Positions 1-11,200 of a DNA stretch of 64,000 bases are shown here, piece by piece. The stretch is from an uncultured candidatus Porisulfidus sp. (lineage in GTDB: Bacteria; Pseudomonadota; Gammaproteobacteria; Poriferisulfidales; Oxydemutatoraceae). A program made the translations under genes and the position numbers. The stretch covers positions 2,484,598 through 2,548,597 of the forward strand of contig OZ244118.1 of NCBI GenBank assembly GCA_965215765.1, in the 5' to 3' direction. Within the stretch, counting starts at the first letter, position 1. Every line of letters begins with the position of its first letter. The notes below the pieces were generated by a model. It searched no databases and had not been told where the DNA came from. It saw only the letters and a list, made by a program, of their open reading frames with translations.

Positions 1-3000
1 GATGCCACCCCCAGTGCAGCGTCAATCCACCTCTCGAATTCCAGTTTGCACGGACTGCATGCGGGGCAACGGGAACATCCGTAAGCGCCCGGAGCACGGG
101 CAGCATGCGGGAGTGCCCGAAATGCCAAATTTGCGTATCCCAATCCAGATACACGCCAGCTACCCTGCAAAGATTGACAGGCAATATCAAACACTTCATT
201 TGCTCTACAGTGCGCAAACCACTGCCCTGTACAGTGCCGTCATTCCCGCCTACGAGGCTGTCCCCGTCGCCCAGCTTGCTGGCATAGCTGCGGGCTATCG
301 TGCCACCGTTGACTCCGACCAGCCTGCCCGACAAATCAGTTCCTCCTACAGCACCAGTGCTATAGGCACTTCTGACCAAGCCGCTGTTTATTCCCGCCAG
401 TCCACCTGTCTGACTGCCTCCGGTCACTGCGCCTTGTGCATAACTGTTAGCGATGGTTCCCTTGTTTACTCCCGCCAGCCCACCTGCCTGACTGCCTCCG
501 GTCACTGCGCCTTGTGCATAACTGTTACCGATGGTTCCCTTGTTTACTCCCGCCAGCCCGCCTGCCTGACTGTCTCCGGTCACTGTGCCTTGTGCATAAC
601 TGTTACCGATGGTTCCCTTGTTTTCGCCGACCAGACCCCCAACTTGATCCTTCCCACTCACCGTGATTCCAGGACTACGGCCACTCACGATGCTGGCGTT
701 GCTTTCGTTCACGCCCACCAGACCGCCCACCTGACTGTCTCCGGTCACTGTGCCTTGTGCATAACTGTTACCGATGGTTCCCTTGTTTTCGCCGACCAGA
801 CCCCCGACCTGGTTCTTTCCACTCACACGTGAGTCCAAGACTACATGGCTACTCACGATGCTGGCGTTGCTTTCGTTCACACCCACCAGACCGCCTACCT
901 GACTGTCTCCGGACACTATGCTTTTTGCATAACTGTTACCGATGGTTCCCTTGTTTACGCCGACCAGACCCCCAACTTGATCCTTCCCGCTCACACGTGA
1001 TTCCAGGACTACATGGCCACTCACGATGCTATGGCTACTCACGATGCTGGCGTTGCTTTCGTTCACACCCACCAGACCGCCTACCTGACTGTCTCCGGAC
1101 ACTATGCTTTTTGCATAACTGTTACCGATGGTTCCCTTGTTTACGCCGACCAGACCCCCAACTTGATCCTTCCCACTCACACGTGCATATCTGGCTGTAT
1201 GGACATTCACGATCCTGGCTTCGTTCACACCCACCAAGCCCCCAACCCCGCGGGCTGCTCCGACAACATGGATCTGCGCGTGGTATTTTCTGTCATGGTT
1301 CTCCATGTAGCTGTCACTGATGGTGCCGCCAAGGTGCCAACCCACCAGACCACCCACGTACGCGTAGCCCCATATAGAGCCGGTCCCGGCCACATCTCCA
1401 TTCGCATGGCTGGAAGTGACCGAACCCCTGTTTTTGCCCACCAGACCTCCGACTTGATTGCTTCCTGTTACTCCCCCCGACGCATGACTGCCCACAATCG
1501 TGCCGCCGTCATTCTGACCTACCAGCCCACCGGCAACGGCAACCCATGTGCCGCTAGAGTTCTCCCCAACCCTTACCGCCGACGCGCTGTTGCGGATGAC
1601 ACCGCCCTGATTCAGGCCAACCAGCCCACCGATGGTTCTGTGCCCGTCAACCTTGCCATCAACCTCGCTGTCCTCAATCGTCCCTTGATTGTTCAGCCCA
1701 ACCAGAGAACCAACATTCACTCCGCCTTCCGTCAAAAAACCCACCAGCTTCACACGCTTCAGCAAGCCACCCTGCAGCGTACCAAACAGCCCTATATTCT
1801 CGAGTGCTTCGTCTGCTACGTTGACCTTCAAATTGGAAATCTTGTAACCGTTGCCATCATAAGTGCCAGAAAAATCCTTGATCGGTGCAAAACCGTTTTT
1901 CCAGCCATGCGTCATCGTCGTCGCGTCTATATCTTTGATTTGGATGTAGTGCGACTGGGGCGATGCATCCATGTCGCGCAAATGGCACAGGTTTTCTACC
2001 TGGTAGGGATCACTTTCAGTTCCGGAACCTGCCATGGCCTGCGAACTTGCAGCACACGCGAGCTCAGGATCCATATAGGGAAATTGGCTGTTGTTGTAAT
2101 AGGTGTCTCCGTAATTGAGAAGGTTGAAGGCTCTTTCGTTCGCATAAATCCCGCCCATTCCCCAACCGTATACCTCGCATGTTCCGAGTCCAGGGGCCGG
2201 CTGGGAAGTTTGAACCCCTATCACCAAGCCGGTCTTTTTATAAAACGCGGATGAGCCGGACGCTCCATGCGTAGGAGAGATGCCCTTATACGTTAAACTC
2301 AGGCGCCCGCACACTCCTTCGCAGAAAGACAGGATGTCTTTCTTGACGCCGCGCCGTACTCTTTCAAACTCACCCCACTGCTGAGGCCTGGTGCCAGCGT
2401 GGTGTACGGAGTAACCACTGAAATTATCGGCAGTGCGGGTCTCCCACCCCAACAATTTATAATCTCCGCTCTTGAACCCGACAAGTCGTCCAACAAGACG
2501 CACAATCCCCCAATCCGCACTATCACCACCAGCCACAAAGTATGCATCTGGTTTCTTTCCTGCCACGAACCTCACACCAAAGGCGTATGAACCACCAAGA
2601 GTAGTGACGAAGAATCGCAAAAACGGTTTGTCCACAGCGTTAGTGTCCACTTCAGGTAAAAGGTGAAGCGTTGTCAGAATGTAGGGAGCTCCGTCACCCG
2701 ACTTGTTCTTTATAAAACTCCCAGTCCCGCAGCCACCATCATCGTCAGAATGGCGGCACAATACTACGACACCTTTGGTTACATCCCGCACGTAAGCCGG
2801 GCTCTCGCTGTTTACATAGTTATTCTTACCGGGTAGACGCCAGGTGCCTGCGCGCACACAACTGCCGGCTTGCCCCAGAGGCGCCAGATTCCTGATTCCC
2901 TCCCCGTGTAAAACCCCGTTGTTATCCTTGAATGTGTGGCTCACTTTTTCGACCGAAAAAGGAAAATCGCCTGGCTCCAGGTGGTAACTGTCCGGAACCC

Positions 3001-3593
3001 AAAACTCTATGACAACGGTATCACCAGACACCGGGAACGCCACAAAGCTGCCATCATTACGTGACAAGCCGCGGCCCGTGTACTCTACGAGCCCTTCATT
3101 GCTGTCTCCGGCGGGGGCATAGACATTCACCGACATACCCGGGTCAAGGGGAAAACCAGAAAAATATAACCACAGCCGCAGGGCAGACGGAGAGCGAATC
3201 TGCGCCTGCCAGACATCAAGGCCGTCTTCCTGTTTGACCAGCGCCCAGTTGGAACGCCTTAACCGGACGTCCCGGGCAATGCTGGTGTAGTTGACCGTTG
3301 TCGCACGGAGCAGTACACGAATTTGCTCCTGTTCCCGGGTGCTGAAAGATCCCAAGTTCAGTTGCTGTGCGCGGTCAGGATACAGAGTTCGAGTGGCTTC
3401 CCGGGCATTCCTCCCCTCCGAAAAGGGATGGGACGCGAAGCCTTGTTCTGCCAGAGATTCCTGATCCTGGCCGAAAACGAGTGAGCTCGACGTGATGATA
3501 GATACACCCACGAACAGCCACTTCAGCCAACCATGGCTGCCGGAAATCTGCGTATCCGGAAATCTGAAATCTGCTTCTTTCATTGTGAATGCT
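1..3593 (-). CDS. Paralog A (3'-truncated by window edge): N-terminal ~1197 aa of a giant secreted S1-protease/GLUG-repeat/FN3 protein. Signal peptide MKEADFRFPDTQISGSHGWLKWLFVGVSIITSSSLVFG, then pro-region, protease domain and first GLUG block
   Basis: Manual reverse-complement translation from ATG (revcomp of cat at 3591-3593) runs open through at least ~1.9 kb checked by hand, with no stop found, and parallels paralog B residue by residue. It is not in the ORF track, probably because its stop lies beyond position 1. The leader upstream is identical to that of the other paralogs. Confidence 0.6.
300..1250 (-). repeat. Intragenic GLUG-motif coding repeat block 1 of paralog A (~78-81-bp units)
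   Basis: Periodic near-identical DNA units, seen as the repeating ADQTPNL/SGHCALCITVTDGSLV antisense pattern in plus ORF 2..832. Sense translation gives VGGLVGxNxGxIxNSYAxGxVxGDSQ units. Bounds are approximate. Confidence 0.45.
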
Positions 3594-3970
3594 TAGGAGC
3601 CATGCGGGCGGAGAAAAGAGAGCCTGACCACCCTGAGACATAAAATTCCCTGCACCGCATTCGCTATCTGTTCTCCATGGCTGCGCACTGAGCGATCCTC
3701 TGGCTCTGACCTTCACTCACTCTCTGATGTCCCAGTACGGCTGTACGCGGGCAGGATACAGAGTTCGAGTGGCTTCCCGGGCATTCCTCCCCTCCGAAAA
3801 GGGATGGGACGCGAAGCCTTGTTCTGCCAGAGATTCCTGATCCTGGCCGAAAACGAATGAACTCGACATGATGATGGGCACACCCACGAGCAGCCACTTC
3901 AGCCAACCATGGCTGCCGGAAATCTGCGTATCCGGAAATCTGAAATCTGCTTCTTTCATTGTGAATGCTT
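3594..3970 (-). repeat. One extra tandem copy of the ~377-bp 5' module (5'UTR + ATG + signal peptide + first ~70 codons) upstream of paralog A
   Basis: The sequence is nearly identical to the 5' end of gene A plus its leader. The junction motif ggctgtacgc|gggcaggatacag is present. Confidence 0.8.
3717..3959 (-). CDS. Upstream mini-ORF (80 aa) duplicating the signal peptide and N-terminus of the giant protein, ending ...LYPARVQPYWDIRE*
   Basis: ORF track entry MKEADFRFPDTQISGSHGWLKWLLVGVPIIMSSSFVFGQDQESLAEQGF... It has the same leader and start context as the real gene. The stop comes from leader sequence after the duplication junction. Confidence 0.35.
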   Translation of the reverse strand: MKEADFRFPDTQISGSHGWLKWLLVGVPIIMSSSFVFGQDQESLAEQGFASHPFSEGRNAREATRTLYPARVQPYWDIRE

Positions 3971-4149
3971 AGGAGCCATGCGGGCGGAGAAAAGAGAGCC
4001 TGACCACCCTGAGACATAAAATTCCCTGCACCACATTCGCTATCTGTTCTCCATGGCTGACGCACTGAGCGATCCTCTGGCTCTGACCTTCACTCACTCT
4101 CTGATGTCCCAGTACGGCTGTACGCGCCGAAAAATCACTTAGTTGGTTA

Positions 4150-4178
4150 ATTGTACAAAATAACGCCCAATCCGGCAA
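4150..4178 (-). promoter_or_regulatory. Sigma70-like promoter TTGCCG-N17-TACAAT for paralog A, preceded by an AT-rich UP-like tract
   Basis: Revcomp of 4150-4178 reads TTGCCGgattgggcgttattttgTACAAT. The same element with exact 17-nt spacing is conserved upstream of all five gene starts. It lies ~15 nt distal to the module junction, so there is a single promoter per gene. Confidence 0.45.
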
Positions 4179-4316
4179 ATTATTATAAGAAGATACCGGC
4201 CTCATCCGATCGAGAAACCCCGAAACCAGCATCGTGGTGTGCAGTTTTATTTATTGGCTTTTTGGTCTCCAGGGGAATGAATCAGTGACAATATGTCGGT
4301 ACTGCGACTTCTTGTT

Positions 4317-4469
4317 TTTAACCGCGAAAAACGTAAAAGTTGGTATTTGTAATTCGTATGATTTCAGTTTTGAGGTGGCTTCCAAAGTTCACCGAAAGCC
4401 CCAATTCAAGGCCTGTTGTTTTAAGACAATTCAATAGCTGTGCCTCATGTTCATCAGTAATGTTTGTCA
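4317..4469 (-). other. Possible 50-aa small ORF (MTNITDEHEAQLLNCLKTTGLELGLSVNFGSHLKTEIIRITNTNFYVFRG) in the AT-rich intergenic segment
   Basis: Manual translation. Intact copies also lie at 15759..15911 and 41485..41637. The ORF is truncated by an indel in the intergenic regions near 28100-28290 and 54060-54230. No start-site signals were identified. Confidence 0.12.
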
Positions 4470-4519
4470 TGGCAGATATAGTCAGGCTTATGGTCTTGCT
4501 TTAAAGGTTCACCCTCTGT

Positions 4520-5222
4520 GCCTTAAAAGAAATGCTCCTTGTGGAGAATTTCTTCTCCAGACACTCCTGATGCACTGCCTCAAGGAAAATACACCTCACT
4601 TCCCTGAACCGCATGGCATTCATCAGAAAACAAAATCTTTTCGTGTTTTTCGCGGTTATTAAACTCGTGATTTATAGTTCTCTCGCCAGTTGCCCGGGCT
4701 CTTCACCAAAGGAATGCCCCTTATGGAAAACTCCTTCTCCGGACGCTCCTGATGCACTGCCTCAAGGAAAATACACCTCACTTCCCTGAACCGCATGGCA
4801 TTCATCAGGAAATAAAAATTTTCGTATATTTCGCGGTTATTAAACTCATGGTTCATAGCTCTCTCGCCAGTTGCCCGGGCTCTTCACCAAAGGAATGCCC
4901 CTTATGGAAAACTCCTTCTCCGGACACTCCTGATGCACTGCCTCAAGGAAGATACACCTCACTTCCCTGAACCGCATGGCATTCATCAGAAAACAAAATC
5001 TTTTCGTGTTTTTCGCGGTTATTAAACTCGTGGTTCATAGCTCTCTCGCCAGTTGCCCGGGCTCTTCACCAAAGGAATGCCCCTTATGGAAAACTCCTTC
5101 TCCGGACACTCCTGGCGCACTGCCTCAAGAAAACCACAACCCCACTTCTCTGAACCGCATGGCATTCATCAGAAAACAAAATCTTTTCGTGTTTTTCGCG
5201 GTTATTAAACTCGTGTATGCCC
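4520..5222. repeat. Four tandem copies of a ~186-bp unit directly downstream of the paralog B stop codon
   Basis: Unit ...ctcctgatgcactgcctcaaggaaaatacacctcacttccctgaaccgcatggcattcatcagaaaacaaaatcttttcgtgtttttcgcggttattaaactcgtg... repeats with ~183-186-bp period. The most distal copy is degenerate. The unit begins ~20 nt after the stop. Confidence 0.8.
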
Positions 5223-8200
5223 TCAGCGAATCATGCCGCCCAGGAATACCCTCAGGCGCAATTTCTTGACGTGATGCGGGCCCGGCCTCGGCGTTGTCGG
5301 GATCTCGGGATCCCAGTTGATAAATTGACTCACTCCTGGCAGCTCAGCCACGCTGTCCAGGGGGAATGCCCGGACTTCGTACGCGACACCACCCTGCAGC
5401 CCCGTAAATTCCGTCCTGACGGCTCCCCCGGGTGTCGGCATCGCAACAGACTGTTCCTCTATCAGTTCCCCGTATGAAAGCAGTTGTACCCGATACCCCA
5501 AGCCGAGCAATATTCCATCAACCGGGGCTCCGAAATCAGCATGATCCGCAGTGCGTCCGTAGCCATCATTTCCCGAATATTGCAAGTGTACCTGCACACG
5601 ACCATTCGCCTTGTGCATCAGCTGCATGGCCAATGTTCCCTCAAGAACGTCGAGCAAGGTAAATGCTGCAGTGCTCATCGCGCCCGTTCCGGCACGGTTG
5701 ACTGCCCGGAGCGAATAGCGTATCTGCTCTCCTCCTGCGTGCTTCTTGCGCAGCTGCGCCAGGACATGGCCTGACAACACATAAGAAGTGGCGGTTCCCG
5801 AGACGGGGTGGCTTTTTCCGTCCACAAAAAGCTGGTAGCTGTCTATCATCGCCCCGTTGCTGCTCGCCGCTTCCCAACTCAGGTTCACCTGATCTACGGA
5901 CTTCCACCTGGCTCGCAAGCCCGAAGGTCTGCCAGGCACCGCTATGGTGCTGAACGCGCTCCTGTTTTCGGATGCCTGGGCAGGCTCCCCGGTGCCCGCC
6001 CGGTTGCGCGCATAGACCTGTAACGAATAGCTTCTCTTCGGCAGCAAGTCGGTGATCTCAATCTCGGCGTCAAAAGCACCTGCCGAGAAAAAGGTCTCGG
6101 TGCTGCGTCCTCCAGCACTCACAACCACCACGTAGCCAAAACCGGAGCCTGCAACGCGATCAGAAGAAGACGCAAGCGCATCACCCGCCAGGGGAGCGCA
6201 ATCGTCATGTCCCATGACCATCAACACCAGGCGCGCAGTGGTTTGGCCGGGCACCAGATCCGTTATCGTCGTCGCGCCCGGAAGACCGGGCAAATAGAAG
6301 TGACCGGCTGCCGGATAACCAGCGATATCTCCGCGCACAGCGCGAAGACGGTACGGGTGGGGGCAAGCCCCCTGTCTGTTTTTCCGAAACTCAGCCAGAA
6401 AATCTCCGTTGAAGTCAAAAGTCGGTGCTGTGACTTCCCGTATTGTTCCTGCCAGCTCAAGTTCGTAGGAATCAACCGCTGAACTTCCCGCCGCCCACGT
6501 GAAGCGCAAATGATCCGGAGATTCCCAGCTCACCGCCAAATCAACCGGTGTGGCAGGAATGTCAGCAATCGCGCGCAGCAAGGGTAACGTACGGGTATTG
6601 CCAAAATGCCAGACTTCCGGTTCCCAGCCGGCATAGGTCGTGGCATCTGCGCATCTCTGCCCCACAGCAGTCGGGCAACGCAACTGGGTCAGAGTGCGAG
6701 GTGAACTGCCGCCCGACGAGCCATTGCCCACCAAAGCTGCCTGTGCAGACACGGGTGCGTAACTGCGATCAATCACCGCATCCGGAGCAGAATAACCCGC
6801 CAGACTCCCGGTGCTGCCCGATTCCCCAACAACCCTGTTCGCTGCATAGCTGTCCTGTATGCGGCGGATATTGTTTCCGACCAGTCCCCCGATGGAGAAA
6901 TGACCCCGCACCTCACCGAGTGCATAGCTCGCATGGACAGAACCGGAGTTGATGCCCACCAGTCCGCCAATACGGCTATCTCCGCTGACCGACACGTCGG
7001 CATAGCTGTAGGCAATGGTGCTTCCGCTGTAGCCGACCAGACCGCCGGCGCGCGAGCCGTCCACAGCGATGGCCGAACCTGTCGCGTAACAGTGCAAAAT
7101 CGTGCTTCCCTGGCTATAGCCAACCAGACCGCCAGCATTGTCCCGCCCTTCACCCGAGACGCGCACCGCCGCATCGGCACTGCTGTACAAAATAGTGGCT
7201 CCCAGAGCCAGTCCGGCCAGACCACCGGCAGACTCAAGCGCGCGTACTTGCGAAGCCCTCACCGTGCTGCCCACGACCCGACCTTTTGCCTTCACATAAC
7301 CGACCAGACCGCCGACGTACCTGCCCCCGTCAACCTCGGCACTGGCACCACTGTCAATCAGCAAACCCCCGTTGCCACCCGCCAGCCCGCCAATGTTGGC
7401 TCCAGCTCTGCTGCCGGAAACCTGTGCAGACCTCACGACACTGTTCATGACGGTTCCGTCGTTAAAGCCGACCAAGGCTCCGACGCTGTTTTTTCCTTTT
7501 ACCCACGCATCAAGGAGCACCACTCCCTTGGCGATCCCGTCTTCTGCGAGTCTGGAAAACAGGCCAACCGTATCCGTCTCCGGGCGGTTAATGTGCAGAG
7601 CAGAGATTTGCCGCCCTGCCCCGTCGAAAGCGCCTGAAAAAGGCTCTATCGGATGAAAGCCGGCACCGCCTGACCACCCCCGACTCGGGCTGGCGTCAAT
7701 GTTTGCCACCTGCACATAGTGAGCGTACAGATCAGAGCGCACATCCTGCAGTTGGCACAGCGTGGCAATTTGCCACGGGTTGTTGTTGCTGCCGTCACCC
7801 GATGCACTCTTCAGGCCTTTGCCGACGCATCCCGGAAAGCTGGTCACCGCACGGATCGTTGACGGCGATCCGGTGCCCACCGTGTTATGGGCGAAGGCTT
7901 CCAGCCGATATGCAAAGGCACTCTCAAGCCCCGTAAATTCCATCGTGACCGGGCTCAGAGGATTCCCCAGCGGAATGTCGCGTTCTTCAACCAGCTCCCC
8001 GGACGCATACAGACGTATCCGGTAAGCCAGGTGCAAAGCCATGGCTTCCGCTGACGTTGCGTAATCAGCGTCAACCGGCCTGCGGCCATAGCCATCATTG
8101 GCAGGGGCTGTAAAGCTGAGTCTCAGCGTGGAGACCCCCTGCTCCACGCGCATATCAGCCGGAGAATCAGGAACATCCAGCAGGCGCACGGAAACACGGG

Positions 8201-11200
8201 CAGCCTCGCCAACACCATAAAGGTTGTAGCCACGAACCGTTAAAAAGAGCGTATTCCCGCCTTCATAACGGGCGCGCAGCTTCTGCAACCAGTCCGATCC
8301 TCCCACGTAGTACAACGATGCGGTTTCCTCAGCAGCGATCGATGGAGCCTCAATCCGGTAAGCGATCAGTTCTTTGGTGTGAAGCGGAGGCTCCCAACGC
8401 AGCAACAAGGAAGACGGGGATTTCCACTGCGCGAGCAGGCGCAAGGGTTTGCCAGGAGTCTCAAAGCCCCGCAGAACCGGCAGTGTCCTGTAATCTCCGA
8501 AAGACCAGATCTCGGCACTCCAGCCTGAGTATGTTGACCTTCCCGCACACGCCAGGCCGGGGGCAGTGGGGCAACGCAGTTGCTGCAGCGTCCGCAAGAA
8601 GCCTGATCCCTGCCCTGCGTCATCTGCCACAAAAGGCATGCCGCCGCCATTGCCGCGAGGCAACGCTGCCGCATAGCTGTCGGTGATGCCTCCCGGACTG
8701 CTGCCGGCAAAACTTCCAGGCTGTCCGGCTCCGGATACCGACCCTGCCGCGTAGCTGCGACTGACGGCGCCCTGATTGTCCGCCACAAGACCCGCGACCA
8801 GACCTTCCCCGGTCACAAAAGCTGTTGTGTAACTGTCAGTCACCGAGCCCAGGTTGTCTGCGACCAGACCACCCGCCCGAACTGCTCCTGACACCGAGCC
8901 TCCGGCATAGCTTGTATCAATACTCCCGGTTACCAGATTTCTCCCGACCAGGCCACCCGCTACTTGGCCTCCCGGCTCTGCCGCCAGCTGTGCCGCGCTG
9001 CCGCTAATCGTGCCTGCGTTGATACCGACGAGTCCTCCCGCCACTTGCCCGCCAAAAAGTGAGCCCGTCACCCCGCTGTTCACGATCCTTCCTCCCTCAT
9101 TCCTGCCCGCCAGGGCTCCCACGTTGACGCTTCCCCAAAGCTGCGCGTTCACCAGCACGACCTGCTGCAACAGACCGCCCTGAAGCTGCGCAAACATGCC
9201 GACATCTTCCATCGCCTCAGAGCGCACCTTTAAATGGAAAATCTGATGACCGGCACCATCAAGGGAACCGGAAAAATCAGCAATCGGCGCAAAGCCTTCT
9301 CCGGCTCGCCAGTCCCGGGATGGACCTGCCTCAATATCGCTTGCCAGCCGGTAGTGGGCTACAGGGGCAGAACGAATACCTTGCAATTGGCACAGCGTGG
9401 CAATCTGCCAGGGATCGTCCTCGCTGCCCGAGCCGCCCGAACCGCCTGCCGACATCAGGGCTTCCCCGTCGCACTGCCAGGGACGGGTAAATGCCGACAG
9501 GAAAAATGACGACCCTTCTCCAACATTGTTATAGGGTGTTGCCACCACTTCATAGAAGCTGTCGCTTGCCAGACCCGAAAATTCCACAACTGCGGATGTT
9601 TCGCCGGCTGTGTGCGCAAGCTCCCGTTCCTGCACGAGTTCTCCCCCGGCGTACAACCGTACCCGGTAACCCAGACCTGCGGGAACCCCGACACCCGTGT
9701 ATCCGTAAGCCGGGTCTTCCGGTGATTGGCCGTAGCCGTCGTCAGCCGGAGCCATAAGCAACACCTGCAGCGAAAATGCCTGCGCCGATGCCCGAACAAC
9801 CGTCAATTTGCCTGGGGCTCTCAGCAGCCTGATCACAACCGTCGTCGCTTCGCTCATGCCATGACGGTTATATCCACGTACGCTGACTTGCACGGTACTG
9901 CCCCTATATTCGGAACGGAGGCTTTGCAACAGGTGCCTGCCGAGCGTAAAAGATGCGGATCTCGTTTCCAGGGAACGCCCTGCCACCTCCACCCAATAGC
10001 CGGCGTTCAGACTTCCTGTTTTCGCAGCTGTCCAGTTCAGTTCCAGTTCACCTTCCAGGTTCCATTTCGCCTGCAGGCGCGAAGGGGGGGCAGGTGGCAC
10101 TGTTCGCAGGGCGCGATGAGCCGGAAGCGTCTGCTCGTCCCCGAAATACCAGACCTGTGTGCTCCAGCCGGAATAACTGACCGCTCCCTGACACGTGTCT
10201 CCCGGCAAAAGAGGGCACTGTAATTGCGCCAGCGTGCGGGAAAAATTGTTTTCTGTGGCATCCTCTTCCCCGCTGCCCACGAGTTGCAGCGCGCTGCTGC
10301 CGACACCCGGCTCCAGCGCGTAATTTGCAGCCATATCGGTGCCTTCGGAATACCCCACCAGCATGCCCGCCTGATTGTTCCCGCTAACCAGACCAGCCGC
10401 ATAACTGTCGTCAATCCTGATGTTGTTGTCGGTGCTGCGCTCACTGTTCCCCGCCAAGCCGCCCACCTGCTCATTTCCGCTTACCGAACCAGTCGCATAG
10501 CTGTCGTCAATCGAGCCGTACCTGCTTTCTCCCACCAAGCCGCCCACCTGCTCATTTCCGCTGACCGCTCCGGTCGCATGGCTTCTGAGGATTGACCCTG
10601 AGCTGAGGCCCGCCAGACCACCCACACTATTTCCTTCGCTGACAACCGTGCTGTCCGAGTGGCTGTCAACTATGGAATTGGAATTGTGGTTACCCGCCAG
10701 CCCGCCCACATCTTCTACCCCGCTGACCGCTCCTGCCGAATAAGAGCCGCTTATAAAGCCATAGTTATTACCCACCAGTCCGCCTACATATTGATGCCCG
10801 CTCACCGTTGACTGCGCGTGGCTGTGATAGATCGAAGCTTCGTTGGCTCCCACCAGTCCACCAACACTGCTTGCGCCGCTCACACCTCCTCTCGCGTACG
10901 AACTGCGTATCCTCGCGCCCCACGCATTCCAGCCCACCAGTCCGCCTATTGTGTTGCCGTGCCACCGGACAGTGGTCGTTCCGACAACGGCAGACTCCGA
11001 ATGGCTGAGCTCGATCAGCCCATGGTTCTCACCCGCTACTCCTCCCACACGTCTCCGACCGCCTATCAACCCCGTCACCGTGCTGCCATTGATGCTTCCA
11101 TTTGCCTCAACGCTTCCTGCCAGGGCTCCTGTTGCATCTCTGCCCCGTACTGTGACATTCACGAGTGCCAGCCTTTGCAGGGCACCCCCGCTGAGCTTCC

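Noticed and set aside
1013-2254. Long plus-strand ORFs throughout the window (for example 1013..2254, 11661..12857, 12870..14087, 36125..36769 and 41690..42394), many repeated between copies
   Set aside because: They lie antisense inside the 3400-3600-aa minus-strand ORFs. Their translations are low-complexity (S/T/H/A/Q-rich) echoes of the GLUG coding repeats with no recognisable motifs. Open antisense frames are expected in GC-rich repetitive coding DNA.
1-3593. Paralog A as a pseudogene, because it is absent from the ORF track
   Set aside because: Manual translation finds a continuous frame from ATG 3593 through the positions checked. Its absence is more simply explained if the ORF finder needs an in-window stop codon. 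One locally compensated frameshift (640-700) keeps the frame open.
4300-4335. Intrinsic terminator hairpins after each gene (GTTTTT-AACCGCG-AAAAAC; GAAAACA-N10-TGTTTTC)
   Set aside because: The stems are A/U-only, 6-7 bp, and lack a following U-tract. This is not convincing for rho-independent termination.
4234-4662. Plus-strand ORFs in the AT-rich spacers and 3' repeats (MVCSFIYWLFGL..., MKVGICNSYDFSF..., MAFIRKQNLFVFFAVIKLV...)
   Set aside because: They are short, on the non-gene strand, and lie inside tandem repeat units, which inflates apparent conservation. No ribosome-binding or promoter signals were recognised. They cannot be excluded entirely, but coding is unsupported.
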